The notes beneath the pieces are model-generated. The model did not search any database. It worked only from the letters and a program-made list of their open reading frames with translations, and had not been told where the DNA came from. Below are positions 46,814 to 56,611 of a stretch of 64,000 bases of DNA, piece by piece. This stretch comes from an uncultured Chloroflexia bacterium. Its GTDB lineage: Bacteria > Chloroflexota > Limnocylindria > Limnocylindrales > CSP1-4. The stretch covers positions 1,056,001 through 1,120,000 of the forward strand of contig CAVPPB010000003.1 of NCBI GenBank assembly GCA_963707215.1. The letters run 5' to 3'. Both the position numbers and the translations under genes were made by a program. Positions within the stretch are counted from its first letter, which is position 1; each line of letters opens with the position of its first letter.

Positions 46814-47001
46814 TCCCGGGCACCCGTGTCGGCTCGGCCGGACCGGGTCGTCGTCCCGCCGCTCCCTTCGGGTTCGCTCTCCGCCATCCGGGTGCGCCAG
46901 TCGAACGAAGAGGATGGCGGATGGGCCTCGCTCCGGGTCGAACCACGGACTCGACCGGAAGCTCGGGCCGGGCGCTCCGGGGTCCGGGGCGAGGCCGTCC
47001 A

Positions 47002-50000
47002 TCAGCCCATCCGGCGCATCCCCGCCCAGCCGAGTTGACGGACCCCCTCTGGCCGCGCCGGCCCTCCCTCGACCGCCGCCACCTCGGCAAGCGGCCTGAC
47101 CTCATGGGCTACCAGGTTGACCACGCTCCCCTCGCGCTGGAGGGCCCCCTCGACCAGCAGCAGGGCGTGGCGCCGCACGATCCCCCGCAGCCGCGCCCAG
47201 GTGTCCGGCCAGAGGGTCACGTTGACCATCCCGGTCTCGTCCTCGAGAGCCAGGAAGACGGTCCCCTTCGCCGTCATCGGGTGCTGCCGGGTGACCACGA
47301 GCCCACCGACCCGGACCGGTCCGGGCGGGCGGTCCGCCAGCGCCGCGTTGGGGATCGCCCCGAGCCGCTCGAGGGCCGGTCGGAAGAGCCCGACCACCTG
47401 GCAGCGGGCATCAAGGCCGAGCACGGCATAGCTGTCGCCCAGGCGCTCCGGCTCGGTGATCGGCGGCAGCTCGGGGGCCTCGGTCGCGGGCAGCCGCAGG
47501 TCCAGCGGACGTCCTGCCGCGCGGCGAGCCACGGGATGCGCTCGCCCGTCCAGGCGACCCCGCGACGACCCGGCGACCTCCCGCAGCTGCCAGAGCAGCT
47601 CCCGCCGTGGCCGGCCCAGCGAGTCGAGCGCACCGGCCCGGATGAGCCGCTCGATGACAGGCTCCGGCAGGCCGGTCCGCTCGACGACGTCGACCAACGA
47701 GCGGTAGGGACCTCGAGCCCGCTCCGCGTCGAGTCGCTCAGCCTGCTCCTCTCCGATGCCCTTGACCAGGTGGAGCCCCAGCCGGACTCCCCAGCCCGTG
47801 GCCGCCTCGGCGGCCCAGCGGTCGCGGGCCGTGGCGATCGGCAGGACGCAGGCGGAGGAACGGACCGGTCGCGGTCGCTCGGCGACCCCCGCGTCGGATG
47901 GCAGCGGCTCGCCGGGGTCGGCGTCGTGCGAGCCGTCGTCGCCGGCCGGGCCGGCCAGCGCCCAGCCGGGCCGCCCGACCCACTCGGTCGTGGTCCGGTA
48001 GCCGGAGACGTTGACGTCGACCGGGAGGACCGTGACCCCGTGGCGCTTGGCGTCGTTGACCAGGACCTCGACCGGGTAGAAGCCCATCGGCTGGGCGTCG
48101 ATGAGGCCGACCAGCAGCTGGGCCGGGTAGAAGAGCTTCAGGAACGCCGACTCGTAGGCGGTCCGGGCGAAGGCCGCCGCGTGGCTCTTGGCGAAGCCGA
48201 ACGAGGCGAAGGCGGCGACCCTCCGGAAGAGCTCCTCGGCGTCGTCCTCGGGCATCCCCTGGACGGTCCGGCAGCCCTCCACGAAGCGGGCGTGAAGCTT
48301 CTCCATCTCGCGGCTCGAGCGCCAGGTCCCCATCGCCCGCCGGAAGCCGTCCGAGTCGGCCGGGCTGAAGCCGGCCACCTCGATGGCGATCCGCATGACC
48401 TGCTCCTGGTAGAGGATGACCCCCAGGGTGTCGTCGAGGATCGGCTCGAGCGAGGGGTGGAGGAAGGTCACCGCCTCGAGGCCCTGCTTGCGACGCAGGT
48501 AGGGATGGACCGCGTTGCCCTGGATCGGGCCCGGGCGGATGATCGCGACCTCCACGACGAGGTCGTCGAGGCTGGCGGGCCGCGACTTGGGCAGGGTCTG
48601 CATCTGAGCCCGACTCTCGACCTGGAAGACGCCCACCGTGTCGGCCGCCTGAAGCATCCCGAAGACCTCGGGGATCTCCTCGGGGATCCGGTCAAGGTCG
48701 AGGCAGACGGCGCAGTCGTGCTCGATGAGCCGGAGGGTCGTGTCGATGGCGGCCAGCATCCCGAGCCCGAGAAGGTCGAGCTTGATGAGCTTGACCGACT
48801 CGACGTCGCGCTTGTCGTACTGGACCACGACCCGGCCCGGCATCGTCGCCCGCTCGAGCGGCGCGATGTCGATGAGCGGCGCCGCGGTCACGAGCATCCC
48901 GCCGGTGTGGATCGAGAGGTGTCGCGGGAAGCCGTCGATCCGGGCGCACAGCTCGAGCCAGCGCTCCCAGTCGGAGAGGCCGACGGTCGAGCCTCCGCGG
49001 GCCCGGGGCGGCAGCTCGGGCTCCAGCCGAGCCACGCTTGAGCGGGCGCCACCCCGGTCCGTGGCTGCCGATCCCGGCGAGCTCCAGTGCCAGGGTCGAC
49101 CGAGCCGGTCCGTGCCCCGCTCGGCACGCAGGCGGGCCTCGCTCGCAGGAGAGTCACCCGGACCGCCCTCGTCGTCCGACCGTCCACCACCGCGGATGGC
49201 CGGCCTCGAACCGTCGATCCTCGACCGGTGGCCATCGATCCGGGCGGCGTCTTCGCGGCGGGCCAGCCGGCCGTCGCCGCGCTCCCCCGCCCCGCCGGTC
49301 CGCAGCCGCCCGCCCCGGGGGTGGTCGAGCTCGCCCATCCGGTCGACCAGCCCACGAGATCCCGCAAGCGCCGCCGAGGCCGAGGCGCCGGCGTCCGAGG
49401 CCTCCTCCGGGCGACGGAAGAACTCGGCGAAGCCACCGTCCGCCTCGAGATCACGGCGCACCATCACCGAGTCGTAGGTCTCGAGCGCCTTGGCCACACG
49501 GTCGACGAGCGGTCGCGGGAAGCCCAGGGCGTACCCGACCTCCCGGACGGCGGAACGCGCCCGGTAGGTCACGACGTTGCAGACCATCCCGGTGTGCTCA
49601 GGACCGTAGCGCTCGGTAGACGTACTGGATGACCTCCTCCCGGCGCTCGGAGCTGAAGTCGATGTCGACGTCCGGATAGGTCGTCCGGCCCTCGTTGATG
49701 AAGCGCTCGAAGAGGAGGCGGTGGCGGATCGGATCGACCCGGGTGATGCCGAGCACGTAGGCCACGATCGAGTCGGCCGCGCTGCCGCGGCCCTGGGCCG
49801 GGATCGCCCGCTCCTTGGCGAACCGCATCAGGTCCCAGCAGATGAGGAAGAACTCGGCGAGGCCGGTCCGCTCGATGACGTCGAGCTCGTGGGCGAGCTG
49901 GCTGACGACCGCCGGGGTCATCGGATGGTAGCGGCGGCGAGCCCCCTCCCAGCAGAGTTGGGAGAGATGGCTGAACGGGGTCTCGCCACGCGGCACCTCG

Positions 50001-51125
50001 AACCCCGGGAAGCGGTACCGCTCGAAGCCGAGATCGACCCGGCAGGTGGCAGCGAGCTCGCCGGAGGTCGCCATGCCCTCGCGCCAGGCGCGTGCCGTTG
50101 CCGGGTCGTCGCGCTCGGCGAGCGGGTCGACGGGCGGCAGGGCCAGGAGGTCGGCCCCGCCCTTGAGGTACGACTCGCCGTCGGGCCTGCGGAGATGCCC
50201 GAGCTCGGCGACCGACCGCCCATGCCGGATCGCCGTCAGCACGTCGTGGAGCTCCCGGTCATGGGGGCGGGCGTAGTGGGTGTCGTTGGTCACGACGATG
50301 GGGAGGCCGAGCTCGGCGGCCAAGTGCGCCGTCTCGGCCACCAGCCAGTCGTCGTCGGGCAGCAGGTGGTGCTGGAGCTCCAGGAAGAAGCCGCTGCCGG
50401 CCGGGTCGTCGGCGAGGCCGAAATCGCCGGGCGTAGCGCACGGCGGCGGCCCGGGCGCCGTCGCGGTCACCGGCCAGGAGCCGACGGGCGATCTCGCCGT
50501 GCCGGCAGCCGGACAGCGCGACGAGCCCCTCGACGTGCTCGGCCAGGAGCGCCTGGGTGAACCGGGGGACCCCCTTGGTCCCGGCCAGGTTGGCCCGGGA
50601 GACGAGCCGGCAGAGGCTCCGGTAGCCGCGATCGTCGCGGGCCAGCAGGACGAGGTGCGGGCCCCGCTGACCCTCTCCGATCCCCCGCAGGTCCTCCCGT
50701 CGGGGCTCGCGATGGCCGGGCAGCCGGGGCCGTCCGGGGCGGGGGCGAGCCGGGAGCCCCTCGACCGCGGACCGCCCGTCGCCCGGATCTCGGTCCCCAT
50801 CGCTCGCGCTCTCGCCCGACCCGCCGCCGTGGCCAGCGGTCCGGGCCCGACCACCCCGTCGGCGGGCCCGACGCGCCGGGATGACGAGGCCGCGATGGTC
50901 GGGAACGGCCGGGTCGAGCAGCTCGATCTCCAGCCCGATGACACCATGCAGGCCGGCCGACCGCGCCGCCTCCATGAACCTGACGACCCCGTAGAGGCCC
51001 TGGTGGTCGGTGACGGCCAGGCCCGAGAGCCCCAGCTCGACAGCACGCTCCACCAGCTCGTCGACCGGCGAGGCGCCGTCGAGGAACGAGAAGTTCGTGT
51101 GGGCATGCAGCTCGGCGAGGTCCAT
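47002..51125 (-). CDS. dnaE2: Error-prone DNA polymerase III alpha (DnaE2/ImuC); two apparent frameshifts (~50430, ~49615)
   Basis: ELHAHTNFSFLDGAS, TDHQG, QGRGSAADS, PDVDIDF, FPRHLSIHTGG, KLDLLGL, FAKSHA, RQHPMTAKG; LexA box upstream; imuA/imuB neighbours. Confidence 0.93.
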
Positions 51126-51135
51126 CGGACCCTCG

Positions 51136-51164
51136 ACTATAGAACATCCGTTCTATACCAGGAA
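51136..51164 (-). promoter_or_regulatory. LexA (SOS) box inside the dnaE2 promoter
   Basis: Palindrome TATAGAAC-ATCC-GTTCTATA at 51138-51157, lying within TTCCTG-N17-TATAGT. Confidence 0.9.
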
Positions 51165-51224
51165 GGTCCGATCGGCCCTTGGGCGAGCCCCCTTCCACGG
51201 CCCGACCGAACCCTCCTCGGCGCC

Positions 51225-51252
51225 GAAACAATCCGCGGATCCTCGGCGTCTA
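51225..51252 (+). promoter_or_regulatory. Candidate ECF-sigma promoter
   Basis: GAAAC-N17-CGTCTA upstream of the 47-aa peptide. Confidence 0.45.
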
Positions 51253-51278
51253 CTTCGCACGATGGAGGGTGGAGCACG

Positions 51279-51422
51279 ATGAACGCGCCAAGCACGATGA
51301 ACGGGCAGGGCACCGTCATCCGGTTCGTCATCCAGCGAGTCGCCCTGGTCGCCCTGGCGGTCGCCCTGATCCTCGTCCTGTATCCGGCCCTCCTGCAGGC
51401 GATCGCCCCCGCGACCCGCTGA
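51279..51422 (+). CDS. Small single-TM protein (47 aa)
   Basis: MNAPSTMNGQGTVIRFVIQRVALVALAVALILVLYPALLQAIAPATR; GGAG RBS; GC3-rich codons. Confidence 0.65.
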   Translation: MNAPSTMNGQGTVIRFVIQRVALVALAVALILVLYPALLQAIAPATR

Positions 51423-51499
51423 TCCGCAACCAACGGGACGCCGGCCCGGCTGGGGTACGGCCCGGCGATCCGCCGGAGGACGGTGAGCGACCTCCGGCC

Positions 51500-51536
51500 G
51501 CGAAGCCCCGTCGTCGCGATGACGGCGGGGCTTCGC
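51500..51536. terminator. 16-bp hairpin between small ORFs 1 and 2
   Basis: GCGAAGCCCCGTCGTC-gcgat-GACGGCGGGGCTTCGC. Confidence 0.55.
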
Positions 51537-51622
51537 CACGTCCGGAGCGGTAGGATTGGGCGCACCATCGAACCGTCCGGGCCTGGCCCGGATGTCGTCC
51601 GGACCCGGAGGACCCTCGCCCC

Positions 51623-51721
51623 ATGGAGCCTCGGCCTCGGGACTTCGCCGCCATCGCCGTGCTGGTGCTCGTCCTCGTCGCGCTCGTCGTACTGCTGGTC
51701 GCCGCCGCCGGAGCGGGCTGA
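51623..51721 (+). CDS. Small single-TM protein (32 aa)
   Basis: MEPRPRDFAAIAVLVLVLVALVVLLVAAAGAG; GGAGG upstream; not in the ORF track. Confidence 0.55.
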   Translation: MEPRPRDFAAIAVLVLVLVALVVLLVAAAGAG

Positions 51722-51821
51722 CCCGGCGACGCGCCCGTCGTGGCCGGGCGCGGTATCCTGCGGGCTGACGGGCGCCGGGTGGCCGGCGCACCGATCGGCA
51801 TCCACCGGGGGGTTCCTTGCC

Positions 51822-51926
51822 ATGCAGACGACCGGCCCGAAAGACCTTCGGGCGCTCCTCCTGGTCGTTGGGATGTTCCTGATCCTCCTCGTCGCGGTGA
51901 CGCTGCTGGGACCGGCGTCGACCTAG
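51822..51926 (+). CDS. Small single-TM protein (34 aa)
   Basis: MQTTGPKDLRALLLVVGMFLILLVAVTLLGPAST. Confidence 0.55.
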   Translation: MQTTGPKDLRALLLVVGMFLILLVAVTLLGPAST

Positions 51927-51970
51927 GACACGATCGACCCCGGGGCAGGGCATGCGCCACGGCTCCCGGC

Positions 51971-52219
51971 TCAGTCGTAGAGCCGCTCGAGGTGCCAGGT
52001 CCCGGCGATGCGGTCGAAGTAGACGAGGGCCAGCCAGGCCCGCCCGGCGACCTTGAAGTAGTCCCGGGCGATCGGTCGGCCCCACCAGCCGTCCTCGACG
52101 CGCCACCGGTTGCAGACCTCGACCGGCTCCCGGCGACCGTTCCAGCGGATGGCCACGAGCCGTCCCTGATCATCGAGCTCGGGCGCGATGGCAGGATGTT
52201 CGCGGAGCAGCCGGGTCAC
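51971..52219 (-). CDS. Stand-alone ImuB C-terminal-like small protein (DUF6504-like)
   Basis: RWRVEDGWW...RDYFKV...GTWHLERLYD; GTGA overlap with the imuB stop. Confidence 0.75.
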   Translation of the reverse strand: MTRLLREHPAIAPELDDQGRLVAIRWNGRREPVEVCNRWRVEDGWWGRPIARDYFKVAGRAWLALVYFDRIAGTWHLERLYD

Positions 52220-53517
52220 GGCCCGTCCTCCCGGTGGCGCCGCCCTTCGTGACCGACCGACGGCTCGCCGACCGGCTGCCAGCGGACCCGACCCTCGGGT
52301 AGCGGCGCCTCCGGGTCGAGGAGCTCCGGCCGGAGCACGCGGTCCTGGCCGAAGCGGAGGGCGAGGCGCGCGAGCTGCCAGCTCAGCCGAGCGCCACGGG
52401 CGGCCTGGGGAACGAAAAGGGACAGCTGGTGGCCGGCCGCAGGGCCGATCCCCAGAAGCTCGATCTCCATCCGCTCGACGGGTGCCGGCGGCGGCTCCCG
52501 CTCCAGGCGGGCGAGGACGAGGCGCTCGATCGCCTCGGCGTCGGAGGTGGGCTCCGGGAAGCGCTGGTCGAGCTCGAGCCGAGCCGGACCCCCACGAACG
52601 GAACCTGCCTCGAGCGCGAGCCGGACCTGGACCCGCTCGGCCGCAGCACCCCTGGTGAGGAGCTGGTCGGCGAGGGCGCCGGCCAGGCGACGAAGGAAGA
52701 AACGGAGCGGCTCCAGGTCGCTGACCGCAGGCTCGAGCGGGAGCGCCAGGAGGGCCCGCTCGGGGCTGCGGCGTGGGCGGAACGGGTCGGTCTCCAGGCC
52801 GGTCGCCCGGGCATGGAGACGATCTCCCTCGGGACCGAACCGGGCGACGAGCGACGACCGCGGGATGGCCGCCACCGCTCCGACCTGGCGAAGCCCGAAC
52901 CGGGCCAGACGAGCCCGGATCTCCGGGTCCCCCGAGAGGAGCGTGGAGGGCAGCGGAGCCAGGAAGGCGACGTCATCACCCGGAGCCACGACGATCGGGC
53001 GGCCAGGAGCGGCGAGCGTCGCTGCGGCCATGGCCGAGAAGCGAGTCCCGGCGATCCCGGCCCTGGGCCGGCCGGGAAGGACCGGGCCGAGCGCCTCAGT
53101 GAGCCGGCCGACCAGGATCTCGTCCGGCCCCCAGAGACGGTCGAGACCGTCGATCTGGACCTCGACCCGCCCGAACGCTCGATCGCCAGGATCCACCGAG
53201 GCAGCCAAGCCGGGGCTGAAGGCGCCGAGACGGTCGAGGGCTGCCTCGATGGCGGCCGTGTCGGACTCAGGATCGGGGTCGAGGAAGGCCGCCTCGGGAG
53301 CCAGCCGATGCGCCGCGCCGAGGGCCATCCCCCTCCGGACCCCGAGGGCCCGGGCGGCCGGGTCGGCATCGAGGACCACCCCGTCGCCCCACGGTGGACC
53401 GCCCAGCACGATCGGCCCGTCCGGGAAGCGCCCGGAAGGGTCGGACGGTGCCGCGATCTGGCGGGCCGTGGCGAGGAGGATGAGCAGGTTCGGCCAATGA
53501 AGATGGAGGAGGCGCAT
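52216..53517 (-). CDS. imuB: ImuB, catalytically inactive Y-family polymerase
   Basis: ARALGVRRGM, FLAPLP, LVARFG, beta-clamp motif QLSLF, RecA-NT-like LARLALRFG; no intact catalytic DE seen. Confidence 0.85.
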   Translation of the reverse strand: MRLLHLHWPNLLILLATARQIAAPSDPSGRFPDGPIVLGGPPWGDGVVLDADPAARALGVRRGMALGAAHRLAPEAAFLDPDPESDTAAIEAALDRLGAFSPGLAASVDPGDRAFGRVEVQIDGLDRLWGPDEILVGRLTEALGPVLPGRPRAGIAGTRFSAMAAATLAAPGRPIVVAPGDDVAFLAPLPSTLLSGDPEIRARLARFGLRQVGAVAAIPRSSLVARFGPEGDRLHARATGLETDPFRPRRSPERALLALPLEPAVSDLEPLRFFLRRLAGALADQLLTRGAAAERVQVRLALEAGSVRGGPARLELDQRFPEPTSDAEAIERLVLARLEREPPPAPVERMEIELLGIGPAAGHQLSLFVPQAARGARLSWQLARLALRFGQDRVLRPELLDPEAPLPEGRVRWQPVGEPSVGHEGRRHREDGP

Positions 53518-54482
53518 CGGACCCGACCGGGATGGGAAGCGAGGTGAACGGCTCGATGGGGATGCCGGGCGGCGCGATGACGCGTGCCGGGCCGGAGGGA
53601 TCGGCGACCGGCCCCGGTGGCCATCCGGCCAGGAGCGGGTCGCTCCGCAGGCAGGTGTCGCGCGGCCCGCCTTCCGCGTAGAGGATGCGCAGGACGGCCC
53701 TGCCTCCCGGAGGGCCATGGCGGTTACGGGCGACGACCACCCGGGTCAGCTGACCGACGATCTCGCGCCCCAGCCGGACCCAGCCCTGTCGGGCAAGCTC
53801 CAGGCGAAGCCCGGCCCCGATCGGGTCCGTGGTCGACGAGGTGATGCCGGGTGGCTCCAGGACCACCAGGAGGATCCCGGCTCGACGAGCGAGTGCCCCG
53901 AGACGAGCCAGGCGCTCGGTGACGCGACCACCAGCGGCCCGCCTCGGCAGATCGACGACGAGCAGGTCCACCGCCCGGGCCTGGAGGAGCGTCCCTGCCA
54001 TCTCCAACCCCTCGTCGAGGTCGATGGGAGCGAGGACGGCCAGCCACTCGAGTCGGATCCCCCGGGCCACCGCCTCGACCGGATCGAGGCTGCGGGTCAG
54101 GTCGAGCCAGGCGGCGATCGACCCGACCGCCTGGGCCTCGGCCACCAGGCGGAGCGCCAGCGTGGTCCGGCCGCTCGTGGCATCGCCCCGCAGGGTGACC
54201 GAGGCGGTCCGGGGGATGCCGCCGGGGCCCAGGATGGCGTCGAGTCCAGGGAAACCCGTGGACACGACCGGGATCGCTGGGCGCCGGCCCGGGCATCGGG
54301 GCCCGGTCGGGAGCCGGAGCTCGTGGAGCCTCGGGCTCGCTCTCCCGGGGCAGGGGGACCGTGGCGAGCGAGCCGACGGTCCCCCCGAATGCCTCCTCGC
54401 CGCGTCGCGGTGCCGCCGTCCCCCAGCGCTCCCGGAGGCTGGCGAGGGCGGTCCCGACGGCCGGACGATCGACGGCGCTCAT
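53267..54482 (-). CDS. imuA: ImuA/RecA-like protein (frameshift near 54270; 3' end uncertain)
   Basis: STGFPGLDAILG.GGIPR, degenerate Walker A GDATSGRTT, AWLD, VDLLVVD, VVVARNR; N-terminus lies in the ORF 53724..54617 frame. Confidence 0.8.
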
Positions 54483-54490
54483 GGCCCATG

Positions 54491-54519
54491 ATGATAGAAC
54501 GGATGTTCTATAGAGACAA
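54491..54519 (-). promoter_or_regulatory. LexA (SOS) box inside the imuA promoter
   Basis: ATAGAAC-GGAT-GTTCTAT at 54494-54511, lying within TTGTCT-N17-TATCAT. Confidence 0.9.
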
Positions 54520-54696
54520 GTCCTGGACTGCCGGGCGGGACGCCACTGCGGCCCGGGCAGACGGCCCGGAGGATGGCCGATGCACGGGATCGATCGCGCC
54601 GGGCCGGAGCCGGACACGGGTTCCGCAAAGGGACCCGGCCACCCGTCACCGAGCCGTCACGGAGGCCCCCTAGCCTCGTCCCCTACGATGCTCACG

Positions 54697-55435
54697 ATGA
54701 CCGCCACCGCCCAGACCATCCTGGTCGTCGACGACGACCCCAAGATCCGCCAGCTCGTCCGGACCTATCTCGAGCGCGACGGCTACACGGTCGAGACCGC
54801 CGCGGACGGCCAGGAGGCGCTCGCAGCCATCGAGCGCGAGCGGCCGGCCCTCGTCGTCCTCGACCTGATGCTCCCCGAGATCGACGGCCGGGCCGTCATC
54901 CGGGCGGTCCGGGCCGACGCCGACGATCCGGACGTGCCGATCCTCATCCTCTCCGCGCGCGGCTCTACCGCCGACCGGATCGCCGGCTCGAGGATGGCGC
55001 GGACGACTACCTCCCCAAGCCCTTCTCCCCCTCCGAGCTGGTCCTTCGCGTCGGGGCGATCCTGCGGCGGGCCGGCGGCACGCCCGAGCCGATCAGCGGG
55101 CCGGCCCGGCCGCCGCTGGTCCACGGCGACCTGGTCGTCGATCGCGACCGCCACGAAGCCCGGATCGCCGGCGCCATCGTCCCGCTGACCCGCGTGGAGT
55201 TCCGCCTCCTCGTCGACCCTCCTCGAGGCCGACGGACGGGTCCTCACACGCGACCAGCTCCTCGACGCCGTCCACGGCGCGGACCAGGTCGAGATCCTCG
55301 ACCGGACCATCGACGTCCACATCCGCCGCCTCCGGGACAAGCTCGCCGACGACCCGGAGCAGCCGCGCTACGTGGCGACGGTCCGGGGTGTCGGCTACCG
55401 CGCGGCGCCGGTCGAGGAGACGGGACGTGCGGTGA
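54697..55435 (+). CDS. OmpR-family response regulator (frameshifted)
   Basis: ILVVDDD, LDLMLP, LSAR, GADDYLPKPF, RTIDVHIRRLRDK, TVRGVGYR spread over several frames (indels ~54988, ~55215, ~55420). Confidence 0.88.
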
Positions 55436-56548
55436 CCCAGCGGCCCCGGGGCAGGCTGGCCGTCCGCGACCGCGCGCCCCTGGGCGGCGAGCGCGCTGGC
55501 GGCCGCCGGAGGTCGGCCTGGCCGATCCTGGCCGCCGCCGTGGTGGGCTCGCCATCGTCATCTCGGCGGCTCTGGCTCGGATGCGGCCGTTCACCGACAT
55601 GATGGTCGACGCTGGGGACTCAGCCGCCCACGCCCAGGACATGTACGACTCGACGGTGACGAGGGTCGCCATCATCGCGCGCCCTGGTCGCCGTAGCGGC
55701 CAGCCTCGGCCTGGCCGCCTTCCTGGCCGGTCGACTCGCCAGACCGCTCGAGGCCATCGGCCGTGGCGCCCGCCGGGTCGCCGAGGGCGACTACTCGGCG
55801 CGCGTCCCGCGGGAGGGTCCCGAGGAGCTCGTCAGCCTGGCCGACTCGTTCAACCAGATGGCGACCAGCCTGGAGGACCAGGAGCGGCTCCGTCGCGAGT
55901 TCATCGCCAACGCCGCCCACGAACTGCGGACGCCGCTGACCAATCTCCAGGGCTACCTGGAGGCGCTCCGGGACGGGGTCATCTCCGCCGACCGCTCGAC
56001 GTACGAGTCGCTGTGGGAGGAAGCCGACCGGCTCGTCCGCCTGTCGCGCGCCCTCGACGCCCTCGCCGACGGCGACGCTCGGGGCAGTTCACCGGAGCTG
56101 GCCGAGCTCGACCTGGCAGCGGCGATCCGCTCGGCCGCCGATCTCGCCGCGCCGTCCTTCGAGCGGGCCGGCCTCTCGCTGGCCGTTGACGTCCCGGATA
56201 CGCTCCCGGCGCGGGCGAACCCCGACCACCTGGCCCAGGTCCTGGCCAACCTGCTCTCGAACGCGTCGCGCTATTCATCGACGGGCGGGACCGTTACGAT
56301 CCGGGCCGAGCGACGGCCGGCGGACCTGCTCGTCACGGTCGCCAACCCGTCCGATGCGATCCCGGCCGAGGACGTGCGCCCACCTGTTCGAGCGGTTCTA
56401 TCGGGTCGAGAAGTCCCGCGATCGCGCCCGTGGGGGCGCGGGCATCGGGTTGGCCATCGTCAAGCAGCTCGTCGAGTCGACGGGTGGCCGTGTCGGCGCG
56501 AAATCGGCCGACGGTCTGACCCGGGTCTGGTTCAGCATCCCCGGCTGA
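55432..56548 (+). CDS. HAMP sensor histidine kinase (BaeS-like, frameshifted)
   Basis: HAMP EELVSLADSFNQMA, AHELRTPL, NLLSNA, LFERFYR, GAGIGLAIVK over several frames. Confidence 0.88.
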
Positions 56549-56611
56549 TACCGCGCGGCGACGGGCCTGGCGCCCGCCGGTGACACCCCGGACGATCGCG
56601 CCGTCCGGTCC

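Noticed and set aside
48980-49400. Intein in DnaE2
   Set aside because: The insertion is low-complexity, with no intein N-terminal block, no His-Asn end and no LAGLIDADG motif
51138-51279. Direct LexA control of small peptide 1 from the dnaE2 box
   Set aside because: The box fits the dnaE2 promoter spacer exactly and lies ~70 bp upstream of the peptide's own ECF-like promoter; not excluded, but unsupported
53267-53517. Genuine 250-nt imuA/imuB coding overlap
   Set aside because: The overlapping tail is low-complexity and lies in the indel-rich zone; probably a missed stop
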